Positions 32,040 to 41,262 of a DNA stretch of 64,000 bases are shown piece by piece. The notes beneath the pieces were generated by a model that had not been told where the DNA came from, searched no databases, and saw only the letters and a program-made list of their open reading frames with translations. Where the stretch lies: assembly GCA_965140585.1 (NCBI GenBank), contig OZ223264.1:800001-864000 (forward strand), in the 5' to 3' direction. Source of the DNA: Spirochaetia bacterium (GTDB lineage: Bacteria > Spirochaetota > Spirochaetia > UBA9216). Positions within the stretch are counted from its first letter, which is position 1. Every line of letters begins with the position of its first letter. A program made the position numbers and the translations under genes.

Positions 32040-34022
32040 ATGACTATTAAAAATAAACTTTTCGCTATAGTTTTCGGTGAATTCGTGATTTTCCTTCTTG
32101 CTGTCGGTTTGATTATTCTATTTATTATACCTGTTCTTGAGATTAACAGGGAAACCGAGGACCTGAGGCTTCTTGGTGAAAAGGTTCTTCTGGTGAGGGC
32201 TGAGATGAACAGGCTTTTTACAGCACCGCTTGAGCAGCAGTTTGAGGAAGTTAACGACGCAAAAAGCCAGATGGATGAGGTTTTTAATATGGTCTCCAGC
32301 CAGCGCAGGCTGAGCAATCTGAATGCAAAAGTAAACAGATCCATGGATGCTGTGATCCAGCTTCAGCAGCTTTTTGAGGAACGCTGGGAAAGATATATCG
32401 AAATAATGCCCATTGTAATGGATGATGCGGAGCGGACCCTTTTTTCTAAGATGGTTTCGCTTAAAACCTTTTATACATCAACAATAGTTGAACGGTATGA
32501 TGACTATTTTGAGATAATGGAAAGGGTTCTTGATCTTGAGAGCAGTGTTGATATATGCAATGGAGCACTTAGTTCTGCATACGAGGTCATTGATAAGCAG
32601 TTTGAAGTTATCGAGACCGAGGTTGCCGGAAAAACTGTATCGGTAATCATCAGAAGTGTAATAATTTTTATTCTTATAGTTATCGGAATAATTATAGCTG
32701 CTGCAATTATGGCGGGCCGGATGGCTAAAAGCGTTACCCAGCTTGAGTCGGGTGTCGCAGAACTCAGGCACGGAAACCTTCTTAGAAAATTCACTGCTGT
32801 CACCAAGGATGAAATAGGGACTCTATGCAGAAACCTGAACAGTTTTTCAGGAGAACTGAGGGAGTCGATCGAAAAGATTAAGGAATCTTCCGAGAAAAAT
32901 ATTGCCATGAAAGACGAGCTGATTGGTGCCGCAATAAGTTCCACAGCCTCTACCACCCAGATAGCAACAGTGATGAATGAAATTAAGGATGGAATGGGAA
33001 GCCTTGATTCTCAGGTCAAGGATTCCGGCCAGGGAATGGGAACTGTTAAGTCAAAGGTTTCTGAAGTCAGGATCATGCTTGAGGAACAGTTTGCAATGAT
33101 TGAGGAGTCAACATCAGCAGTTACACAGATGATAGCTTCGATCGACAATGTTGCCGATATTACCGGTAAAAAGAAAAATGCAACTGATGAGCTTGTAAAG
33201 ACTGCCAATATAGGCGGTGAAAAACTTAATGAAACCATAGGGATTATCCAGGAGATAACTTCCAATATCGATGAAATAAGAACAACGGTTTCCATTATTC
33301 AATCTGTAGCAGCACAGACCGGCCTTCTGGCAATGAATGCAGCAATTGAAGCGGCACATGCCGGTGAATATGGAGCAGGTTTTGCTGTTGTAGCTGAAGA
33401 AATAAGGAAGCTTTCCGATGCATCAGGACAAAGTTCCAAACGGATAAGCGCTGTTATTAAGTCGGTGATTGAGAATATAGAAAAAGCTGCTTCTGCCGGT
33501 GAGGATACAAAGGGTTCGTTTGTTGATATAAACCGTGAGGTAGTGGGAGTAGCCCGCGCACTGGATGAAATCTCCGGAAGCATGGATGAGCTTTCAATAG
33601 GCGGAAAGCAGATACTTGATGCCATGACAAGTCTTAGAAGTACCGCTTCAAATGTAGAGAACGGCGGCAGGGAAATGGAGGAAGCCTCCAGCCAGCTTGA
33701 GGTCGCCTACAGTATGGTTGAACGTGTAACCCGGGATGTTATTTCCAGGATGAGCGGAATAACACAGGGTATAAACGAAATTAAATCAAGTGTAGAGATA
33801 GTCTCTGATATCAGCTCACGCCTCAGTGATGAGGCAGATACTCTTAATTCACAGATAAGCCGTTTTAAAACTGAAGGCTGTCCTGAGGATTTTGATAACC
33901 CTGAGGAAATTACTGACGACTATTGTGATACCCCTGAGAGTGCCGGAACCTTGCCTGCTGATTCTTCAGCCGATAAGGATGCAGGTGCATCTGAACCGGA
34001 TAATTCTGAGGTTATATCATAG
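32040..34022 (+). CDS. Methyl-accepting chemotaxis protein
   Basis: Two TM segments, HAMP (DEIG), signalling hairpin QTGLLAMNAAIEAAHAGEYGAGFAVVAEEIRKL. Confidence 0.95.
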   Translation: MTIKNKLFAIVFGEFVIFLLAVGLIILFIIPVLEINRETEDLRLLGEKVLLVRAEMNRLFTAPLEQQFEEVNDAKSQMDEVFNMVSSQRRLSNLNAKVNRSMDAVIQLQQLFEERWERYIEIMPIVMDDAERTLFSKMVSLKTFYTSTIVERYDDYFEIMERVLDLESSVDICNGALSSAYEVIDKQFEVIETEVAGKTVSVIIRSVIIFILIVIGIIIAAAIMAGRMAKSVTQLESGVAELRHGNLLRKFTAVTKDEIGTLCRNLNSFSGELRESIEKIKESSEKNIAMKDELIGAAISSTASTTQIATVMNEIKDGMGSLDSQVKDSGQGMGTVKSKVSEVRIMLEEQFAMIEESTSAVTQMIASIDNVADITGKKKNATDELVKTANIGGEKLNETIGIIQEITSNIDEIRTTVSIIQSVAAQTGLLAMNAAIEAAHAGEYGAGFAVVAEEIRKLSDASGQSSKRISAVIKSVIENIEKAASAGEDTKGSFVDINREVVGVARALDEISGSMDELSIGGKQILDAMTSLRSTASNVENGGREMEEASSQLEVAYSMVERVTRDVISRMSGITQGINEIKSSVEIVSDISSRLSDEADTLNSQISRFKTEGCPEDFDNPEEITDDYCDTPESAGTLPADSSADKDAGASEPDNSEVIS

Positions 34023-35158
34023 GCACCTTTATCTTTTTTTGAAAATATAAGTGCCCCGGTGATTGCTGTCAGCGGGGCAACCAAAACAAGACCGAAACTT
34101 CCCACCAGGGTATGAAGAATTTCTGCACTCACATAACTGAGGTTGAGTATGTTCATAAGCGGTGTTCCCTGAGCCATAAAGACCATGAGAAGTGCGGTGA
34201 ATCCGCCGGAATAAGCGAGCAGCAGGGTCGTCGTCATTGTTCCTATCACAGACCTTCCAACCTTGAAACCTGATTTCAGAAGTTCTCTGAAGCTTATATC
34301 GGGGCGTTTATGTTTGATCTCATGCATCGAAGCTGCAATATCCATTGCAATATCCATGACGGCACCCGAAGAAGCAATGAAGATCCCCGAAAGGAAGATG
34401 AGGTTGAGATCAAGGTAGGCGTAACCGGAATACAGCAGAGTTTCCGAAAAGGGTTTCACTGCTCCATGAACATGAAATGCGTGACCGAATATCATAGAAA
34501 AAAGCGAAGTGAACAGTATTCCGGCAATAGTTCCTGTGAAGGCTGTCAGACCCTTCTTTGAGAACCCTCCGATAAGAAAAATAATTGCGGCTGACAGAAT
34601 TAACACGGTTCCGAAGGATATAAGGACCGGATTGATACCGGAAAGAAATCCCGGTATCAGAATCTTCCATATTACAATGCCTGTGAATGTGAATGATAGA
34701 ACAGCATTGAAGCCGGTCCAACCGGCATACGCTATCAATATCAGCACAAAAAGAAGCAGAAGAATAAGTTCTACATTAATTCGGTAGTGGTCAATGATAT
34801 TTGCATAAACAAAATTATTGTTTTCATCCATGTCGATGACCATCAGAGCCTTGTCTCCGGGAGCGAACATTTTATCAAGTTCGAGTTTGCCCATAAGTAT
34901 GTTCGTCGATGATACTTCCAGGCCCCTGAATCTGCCGTTCAGAATTCTAAGTTCAACCTGCTGGTTCCCGGTTTTTACAATCCCATACTGTTCCAGCTCT
35001 GAGTTGTCAGTTGAAATAACCTCGGCCCTTGCTCTGGAAGAATTACCTGCGGTCCTTGGTTTGGGTGTTGTCGGCAGTAATATTATCACCGTAGAAAGCA
35101 GTATTATGAAGAGGCTGAAAATAATATCCCTTTTTTTGGTCTTATCCGCAAATATCAT
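33920..35158 (-). CDS. YibE/F family membrane protein
   Basis: GAVMDIAMDIA, GRSVIGTMTTTLLLAYSG, GSFGLVLVAPLT. Start set at ATG 35158 after CAGGAG. Confidence 0.88.
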   Translation of the reverse strand: MIFADKTKKRDIIFSLFIILLSTVIILLPTTPKPRTAGNSSRARAEVISTDNSELEQYGIVKTGNQQVELRILNGRFRGLEVSSTNILMGKLELDKMFAPGDKALMVIDMDENNNFVYANIIDHYRINVELILLLLFVLILIAYAGWTGFNAVLSFTFTGIVIWKILIPGFLSGINPVLISFGTVLILSAAIIFLIGGFSKKGLTAFTGTIAGILFTSLFSMIFGHAFHVHGAVKPFSETLLYSGYAYLDLNLIFLSGIFIASSGAVMDIAMDIAASMHEIKHKRPDISFRELLKSGFKVGRSVIGTMTTTLLLAYSGGFTALLMVFMAQGTPLMNILNLSYVSAEILHTLVGSFGLVLVAPLTAITGALIFSKKDKGAYDITSELSGSDAPASLSAEESAGKVPALSGVSQ

Positions 35159-35179
35159 ATGAATCTCCTGGTAATGAAA

Positions 35180-35202
35180 CGGGAGGAGCACTGCTCCTCC
35201 CG
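35180..35202. terminator. Perfect 11-bp inverted repeat between phoA and yibE/F
   Basis: CGGGAGGAGCA-C-TGCTCCTCCCG. Weak U-tract, so it may be an attenuator or mRNA stabiliser. Confidence 0.55.
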
Positions 35203-35243
35203 GAATAGCATGTTCTTTTTAAATTTATTTTTAGATGTTATTT

Positions 35244-36701
35244 TTACCTAGCTGACTTAAGTCCCATGATTGCAGTCAGTTTTCTGAAGATGTCTGTATT
35301 GTCATAGTAGCCGTTGAAAGCTTCTGAACCTGCGCCCTCGGCAAATGTAGCAACAGGTACTCCTGTATGCGAGTAGGATGTCCAGCCGAGACCTGCCCGC
35401 TGGTTAAGGATATGTGTAAGAGTCATTGAAAGCGGGTTATAACCGCCGTAGAGAAGGTAGGTCTGCTCATCAGATGCTTTTACTTTTACATTTCCCATAG
35501 CCTGGTCGAATGCCATTGTAAGCTGTTCTTTCTCGTAGTCTGAAAGATCTGTAAGGCCGAAGTTCTTTTCTATTTCAGGCATAAGCTCTGCAAGTGAACC
35601 TCCGTTGGCATGTGCTTCCTTATAAGGTCCGAATACATACTTGTCGAATGCTTCATAGGACATTTTCTGCTTATCAATTTCACTGAAGGCTGAAGCGTAT
35701 TTTGTGCCAGCGAAACCGAGGGCAAGTCCACCTGTCTCATGGTCGCCTGTAACGACTATCAGAGTTTCGTCGGGATGTGCATTATAAAACTTCACTGCTT
35801 CGGCGATAGCCTTATCAAACTCGATAGTGTTGTGAATTGAGGCTGCTGCATCATTTGCATGACATGCCCAGTCAATCTTTCCGCCTTCAACCATCATGAA
35901 GAAGCCTTTATCGTTGTCGAGAAGTTCAATTCCCTTTGTTACATATTCCACCAGGGAAATATCATCTGCTTCCTGATCCATTGCATAGTCAAGAGAGTTT
36001 CTTGTAAAGCTTGTTGCATAATAAGCGTAAACCTGCTTTCCGTCCTGAGTAAGGGCATTAAGCTCATCCCTTGTTGTGGTTACATTCCAGCCTCTTTCGT
36101 TCATCACGTCCAGAGCTGATTTTTCTCCTTCGGGAGTCTTATCCAGGCGGACCATACCGCCGGCAAAGTAATCAAAATTACTGTTTGCCATCTGCATGTT
36201 AATTTCGTAGTAGCTGTTTCTGCTCTGCTGTTTTGCATAGAAAGATGCCGGGGTGGCATGATCAAGGTTGACGCTTGAAAGAATACCAACCTTCATGCCG
36301 GCTTCCTTTGCATATTCCGCTATTGTCTTGAAGGTTTTTGTTTTTGTTGCATCGTAATTGATTACACCTGAAAGGGTTTTGTTGCCTGATGCAATTGCAG
36401 TTCCGGCTGATGCTGAGTCGGTTATGAAAGAACCCGCATCATAGGTTGTTGTAAGCCCCTGAGCCGGGAACTGAGTAAAGCCGAGTTTTGTTACTCCGGG
36501 GGCGGTGCCTTTCTGTGCGTTGAGGTAGGCTTCTGCTGCGTTGATTTGGGGCATTGCCATGCCGTCTCCGATAAAAAGGAAAACGTACTTTGCGTTTACA
36601 TCAGGAGCTGAAGTTTCTGCGACAGCGGTTTCCTGCTGTCCTTCAGCGAAAAGACAGAATGGAATTACTGCCAGTAAAAGAATTGATACTAATTTTTTCA
36701 T
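35244..36701 (-). CDS. phoA: Alkaline phosphatase
   Basis: Signal peptide, FIGDGM, catalytic TDSASAGTA, HATPA, VEGGKIDWACH, TGDHETGG, HTG. Confidence 0.93.
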   Translation of the reverse strand: MKKLVSILLLAVIPFCLFAEGQQETAVAETSAPDVNAKYVFLFIGDGMAMPQINAAEAYLNAQKGTAPGVTKLGFTQFPAQGLTTTYDAGSFITDSASAGTAIASGNKTLSGVINYDATKTKTFKTIAEYAKEAGMKVGILSSVNLDHATPASFYAKQQSRNSYYEINMQMANSNFDYFAGGMVRLDKTPEGEKSALDVMNERGWNVTTTRDELNALTQDGKQVYAYYATSFTRNSLDYAMDQEADDISLVEYVTKGIELLDNDKGFFMMVEGGKIDWACHANDAAASIHNTIEFDKAIAEAVKFYNAHPDETLIVVTGDHETGGLALGFAGTKYASAFSEIDKQKMSYEAFDKYVFGPYKEAHANGGSLAELMPEIEKNFGLTDLSDYEKEQLTMAFDQAMGNVKVKASDEQTYLLYGGYNPLSMTLTHILNQRAGLGWTSYSHTGVPVATFAEGAGSEAFNGYYDNTDIFRKLTAIMGLKSAR

Positions 36702-36750
36702 TTCTCTCTCCAAAATATTTTTAGAATTTAGAGAGATCCTGCGCCTGTTT

Positions 36751-36790
36751 GATTAGGAAATTATGACGGGTTTATGAGATTTCAATTAAC
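36751..36790 (-). promoter_or_regulatory. Pho-box-like array of four half-sites with 11-bp period
   Basis: Minus strand gTTAATtgaaatCTCATaaacccGTCATaatttcCTAAT, about 50 bp upstream of phoA. Confidence 0.65.
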
Positions 36791-36797
36791 TCAAATC

Positions 36798-38516
36798 TTA
36801 TAAAATTACTGAGGAATGGGCCGGAACCTCTAAATCACTGTAAAAAATGGTCTTATTTGAGAGGTTTGCAAATAGAATATGTTCTTTTCCGCCCTCAGTA
36901 TAGCTGATGGTATAGGTTCCGTTATCAGATTCGACCGATTCTATTTTCTTCTTTGACTTTAGAGACTCAAACATCTTCTTTCTTATATCGCTGTATTCTG
37001 CAACATTGTCGGATGTAAAAACAAGAGCTCCGGTAACAGCGTTGATTCTGAACAGTGTTTCTTTTTCGGCTCCGCTCAGTTTGGTATTTCTGTCTCTTAA
37101 TATGAAGACGTCCGGATCGTTTCTGAAAGCCCTCCCGTCAAGATGTCTCCGGCCTATTGCATTTGCCAGTGAGTTCAATGTTGAGGGTCTCTCCCGGTGA
37201 ATCTGGCTACCTCTGAACCCGTCGTCCCAGTCAAGGCTGACATCGCAGCCGATTCTGCAGTAGTCAACTAATCCAAAGGCCGAAGCCAGAGGTACTCCGC
37301 AGCCGAGAATCAGTTTGTCACCGGTAAGTTCCCGCAATAGTTTCATGCCGTCATGCATAACCGCTCCACGGGTTCGTCCCTGAGTTTCCGGTGCAAGGCA
37401 GGCGCCGTAGAGGAAGTCAAGCTTGACCATATCAAATCCCCATTCATTCAGAACTGTATTGAAGACTTCGGCAAGGTGGTCTCTGAACGCCTGATTGTAT
37501 ATATCAAGAGCATAAAATCCGCCCCAGTTTATTCCCGCCTGAACCGGCTTTCCCTTTTCATCCCGCAGCAGCCATTGCGGGTGTTTTTTTACAAGTTCTG
37601 AATTTTTCTGGGCTGAAAACGGGGCAAGCCATAAGCCGGCTTTGTAACCGCCTTCATGAATTCGGGCTACAACCGGAGCAAGCCCTTCAGGGAATTTTGA
37701 CCTGTCAATGCTCAGCCAGTCGCCTGTTGCGGTCTGGAAGCCGTCATCTATCTGAAATATATCGATAGGAAGACCGGTATCAATAAAAGCGTCGAGATTC
37801 TGATTTATTATATCGCTGCTGATATTTTCATAGTGGTCATACCATGAAGTCCATCCTGTTATCTGCGGTGTTTTTACCGCAGGCATCTCCATTGCCGAAA
37901 ACCACTGATCGAAGGCCTTATTTTCGTCATCGGTAACACAAAGCAGTTCAAGTGCTGTTACAGGTTTGTCGGTGGCAAGGTTGTTGCATTCCATGCTCAC
38001 ACGGATTTCTTTTGCCGCAGCTGTAAAACGTATTACAGTGAAAGCGTTCTGCTCATTCAGAGAACCCAGAAGCGTTATCTCATTTGAGCCATTTTTCCTA
38101 ATATATCCGTAAGAGAAGCCGTGAAACTCGCCCGGTCCGGAAGGCTGACGGATAAAATCGTAGTCTCCGTATTTACGAAGCTGAAAGTAGGGATTAACTA
38201 TTCTTCCTAAAAGAGGAATGCCCTTCTGTCTGTCCTGAAGGCCGTGTTCTGAACTGTCGGTCCAGCTCTGGTAGCCGTTGAGGAAAACCTTTTCATCCTG
38301 ATGAAATTCGTACCCGGCAACAAGCTCAAGCCTGTGAATTTTTATTTCAGCACGGGGAATGATTGAAACTTTTACATTTTCCCGTTTTCCGTCATTTGCA
38401 TGGCTCAGATTGAAACCTACAGCCTCTGAGTTGACCGGCGCCTGGAAAGGCATTACAACCGTATGTCTAATTCCGGCAGCCGAGTATTCAGCTTCAAACA
38501 TGGCTTTTTCAAACAT
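36798..38516 (-). CDS. Alpha-galactosidase, GH36 family
   Basis: GWTSWY, FQIDDGFQ, GLWLAPF, VKLDFLY nucleophile motif, RIGCDV, NDPD. Confidence 0.9.
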   Translation of the reverse strand: MFEKAMFEAEYSAAGIRHTVVMPFQAPVNSEAVGFNLSHANDGKRENVKVSIIPRAEIKIHRLELVAGYEFHQDEKVFLNGYQSWTDSSEHGLQDRQKGIPLLGRIVNPYFQLRKYGDYDFIRQPSGPGEFHGFSYGYIRKNGSNEITLLGSLNEQNAFTVIRFTAAAKEIRVSMECNNLATDKPVTALELLCVTDDENKAFDQWFSAMEMPAVKTPQITGWTSWYDHYENISSDIINQNLDAFIDTGLPIDIFQIDDGFQTATGDWLSIDRSKFPEGLAPVVARIHEGGYKAGLWLAPFSAQKNSELVKKHPQWLLRDEKGKPVQAGINWGGFYALDIYNQAFRDHLAEVFNTVLNEWGFDMVKLDFLYGACLAPETQGRTRGAVMHDGMKLLRELTGDKLILGCGVPLASAFGLVDYCRIGCDVSLDWDDGFRGSQIHRERPSTLNSLANAIGRRHLDGRAFRNDPDVFILRDRNTKLSGAEKETLFRINAVTGALVFTSDNVAEYSDIRKKMFESLKSKKKIESVESDNGTYTISYTEGGKEHILFANLSNKTIFYSDLEVPAHSSVIL

Positions 38517-38517
38517 T

Positions 38518-38946
38518 TTACACTTCCTTGTTCTGGTACTCTTTTATTGCGTTTCGGTATCTGTCCGGTATTACAATAGTTTCGGCCCTGTCGTAATCAT
38601 AGCCGGCGAATATTGTTGTACAATCGGATTTTATCTCGCCGGTCTGGTTTTCTTTGATTCTCTGCAGCATTGTGAGTGATTTATTGCCGATCTTGATCAC
38701 CGCAGATTCTACTATTATATCATCATGTAGGAAAACCGGTGCAAGAAAATCTGTTTTTACTGAAGCTACCACCAGGGATTTTCCTCCGGGCATATATGGT
38801 TCACCAAGCATTTCGGAAAGGTATTTTACCCTCCCGATATCATAATAATTCTGGTATACAGCGTTGTTTACATGGCCCTGGCCGTCAATATCTCCAAAGC
38901 GTATCTGAACAGGGACCTTGCATTTGAAATCGTGTTGTCTGTGCAT
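38518..38946 (-). CDS. Acyl-CoA thioesterase (4HBT/YbgC family)
   Basis: RFGDIDGQGHVNNAVY hot-dog motif. Confidence 0.9.
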   Translation of the reverse strand: MHRQHDFKCKVPVQIRFGDIDGQGHVNNAVYQNYYDIGRVKYLSEMLGEPYMPGGKSLVVASVKTDFLAPVFLHDDIIVESAVIKIGNKSLTMLQRIKENQTGEIKSDCTTIFAGYDYDRAETIVIPDRYRNAIKEYQNKEV

Positions 38947-39027
38947 ATACTTATTATTCTAGGAATAAAAAGGTTGTCAAGGAGTTAAAAAAATCCATCA
39001 ATATATATAAAAGTGATAGCGATTTAC

Positions 39028-39057
39028 TTGACAATGTAAACCCAAAGTAAATAATAT
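39028..39057 (+). promoter_or_regulatory. Sigma70-type promoter of the sugar/ThDP-complex operon
   Basis: TTGACA with AATAAT/TAATAT 16-18 nt downstream. The -35 sits inside TTTAC-N8-GTAAA, and GAAA-rich repeats follow. Confidence 0.6.
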
Positions 39058-39121
39058 AGAAAGCGAAAAGAAAGAAAATAGAAAGTGAACATGGTGTTTT
39101 TAGAAACCTTAAGGAGGAATT

Positions 39122-40384
39122 ATGAAAACCAAAGCTGTACGAATATACGGAAAGAACGACCTCAGACTCGAGGAGTTTGAGCTTCCGGCAATGAAAGATG
39201 ATGAAATACTCGCAACAGTAATCTCAGACAGTATCTGTATGTCTTCATACAAGGCTGCTATCCAGGGGCCTGAACATAAAAGGGTTCCCAATGATGTTGC
39301 GCAGAATCCGACAATGATCGGCCATGAATTCTGCGGAGAGATTCTTGAAGTAGGTTCAAAATGGGCTGATAAGTTCAAACCTGGCCAGAAGTTTTCAATT
39401 CAGCCGGCACTTAATTATAAGGGAAGCCTTGATGCTCCGGGTTATTCATTTCATTACATAGGCGGTGATGCGACAAATATCTTGATTCCCAACGAGGTAA
39501 TGGAGATGGACTGTCTTCTTCCTTATGAGGGAGAGGCCTACTTCATGGGATCTCTGAGCGAACCTGTTTCCTGTATTGTCGGAACCTATCACGCCATGTA
39601 CCATATTCCCCAGGGAACTTATATTCATAATATGGGTATTAAGGAAGGCGGAAACCTTGCAATTATTGCCGGTGTCGGTCCAATGGGCCTCGGTGCCATA
39701 GATTACGCCATACATAATCCGGTCAAGCCCGGACTTCTGGTTGTGACCGATATTGACGACGCAAGGCTTAAAAGAGCCTCCGAGGTTTACAGCGTTGAAG
39801 AGGCTGCCAAAAACGGCGTAAAGCTCATCTATCTGAATACAAAGGATACATCAGATCCTGTTAAGCTTCTTATGGATCAGACCGGCGGAGCAGGCTACGA
39901 CGATGTACTGGTTATGGCTCCTGTTAAGCCGCTTATTGAACAGGGAGACTCAATACTTACAAAAGACGGATGTCTGAACTTCTTTGCAGGACCTTCAAAT
40001 ACAGAGTTTAAGGCTGAACTCAATTTTTACAACGTTCACTATGAGTTCCATCACCTTGTAGGAACAAGCGGCGGAAACACAGCTGATATGCGTGAATCAC
40101 TTGAAATGATGGGCCGCGGAGAATTGAACCCCGCATCGATGATAACCCATATCGGCGGACTTGATTCCGTTGTCGAGACTACACTTAATCTGCCCAAGAT
40201 TCCCGGCGGCAAAAAACTGATTTATGTTCAGAAGAGCATGCCGCTTACAGCAATTGCCGATTTTGAAGAACTCGGCAAGTCAGACCCTGTTTTTGCCGAA
40301 CTTGATAAGCTCGTAAAGAAACATAACGGCTTGTGGAACCTTGAAGCCGAAAAATATCTTCTTGCTCACAGTACCTCAATTTAG
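39122..40384 (+). CDS. L-sorbose-1-phosphate reductase-like zinc-binding dehydrogenase (MDR)
   Basis: ISDSICMSSYKAAIQG, GHEFCG, SLSEPVSC, AGVGPMG, DGCLNFFAGP, NFYNVHY, GTSGGN, IPGGKKLIY, all typical of SorE. Confidence 0.85.
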   Translation: MKTKAVRIYGKNDLRLEEFELPAMKDDEILATVISDSICMSSYKAAIQGPEHKRVPNDVAQNPTMIGHEFCGEILEVGSKWADKFKPGQKFSIQPALNYKGSLDAPGYSFHYIGGDATNILIPNEVMEMDCLLPYEGEAYFMGSLSEPVSCIVGTYHAMYHIPQGTYIHNMGIKEGGNLAIIAGVGPMGLGAIDYAIHNPVKPGLLVVTDIDDARLKRASEVYSVEEAAKNGVKLIYLNTKDTSDPVKLLMDQTGGAGYDDVLVMAPVKPLIEQGDSILTKDGCLNFFAGPSNTEFKAELNFYNVHYEFHHLVGTSGGNTADMRESLEMMGRGELNPASMITHIGGLDSVVETTLNLPKIPGGKKLIYVQKSMPLTAIADFEELGKSDPVFAELDKLVKKHNGLWNLEAEKYLLAHSTSI

Positions 40385-40393
40385 CGGTAAGGC

Positions 40394-41146
40394 ATGCATA
40401 GTTTAACCGAAAGAGAAAGGCGGATAGTTGAGATCCTGTCTGAAGAGGGCAGGGTCAGCGTCTCGGAGATAAGCGAGCGGCTGAATGTTTCAACCGTGAC
40501 TGTCAGAAGCGATTTTAACAGTCTGGTTGAAAAAGGCGTGCTCGTGAAAACCCGGGGCGGGGCTGTTCCGGCAATGCACCCGGAAATCCTTGAGCGTCAG
40601 AGGGATATGACTGATGTAAAAAGAAGGATTGCAAAGGAAGCTGCTTCAATGGTTGAAGACGGCGATTCCATTATGATATGTGCAGGTACGACAACTGCGT
40701 ATATCGGGAATTATCTCTTGGGCAAAAGAGACATCAGGATAGTTACAAACTCAACCCTGCTTCTTCCGTATGCAAGGATGAACCCTTCAATAAACCTTAC
40801 CCTTGTAGGCGGAGAATTCCGTCCGATGGCTGAAGCTGTTGTGGGTCCGGAGCCAATCAGACAGCTGGATGCCTACCATGTGAAAATTGCTTTTATCGGA
40901 ACGGAAGGATTCTCATATCAAAGCGGGATGACCACCCAGCTTGTTGAGAATTCGGAAATAATTAAAAAGATGGTCAGGCAGTCGGAAAAGACGGTTCTTC
41001 TTGCTGACTCGGGAAAATACAACAAGGTGGGCTTTGTGAAAATCCTGCCGCTTGAAAGTACAGACCTGATTATTTCGGATGAGGGATTGGACCAGACGGT
41101 CAGGGCTGAAATGGAAGAAAAAGGACTGAACCTGAAGATAGTTTAA
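40394..41146 (+). CDS. DeoR/GlpR family transcriptional regulator
   Basis: HTH VSTVTVRSDF..RGGA, AGTT, VTNS, LADSGK. Confidence 0.93.
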   Translation: MHSLTERERRIVEILSEEGRVSVSEISERLNVSTVTVRSDFNSLVEKGVLVKTRGGAVPAMHPEILERQRDMTDVKRRIAKEAASMVEDGDSIMICAGTTTAYIGNYLLGKRDIRIVTNSTLLLPYARMNPSINLTLVGGEFRPMAEAVVGPEPIRQLDAYHVKIAFIGTEGFSYQSGMTTQLVENSEIIKKMVRQSEKTVLLADSGKYNKVGFVKILPLESTDLIISDEGLDQTVRAEMEEKGLNLKIV

Positions 41147-41262
41147 ATCGGGAACACATTCGTGTATTTTCGATTTTCAGAAGTTTGAAAGCAAGGCTTT
41201 AAAACTTCATTTTTGAACCTGCCGTCACGGCAGAATGATTGATGTATTATTAGGAGAGAAAT

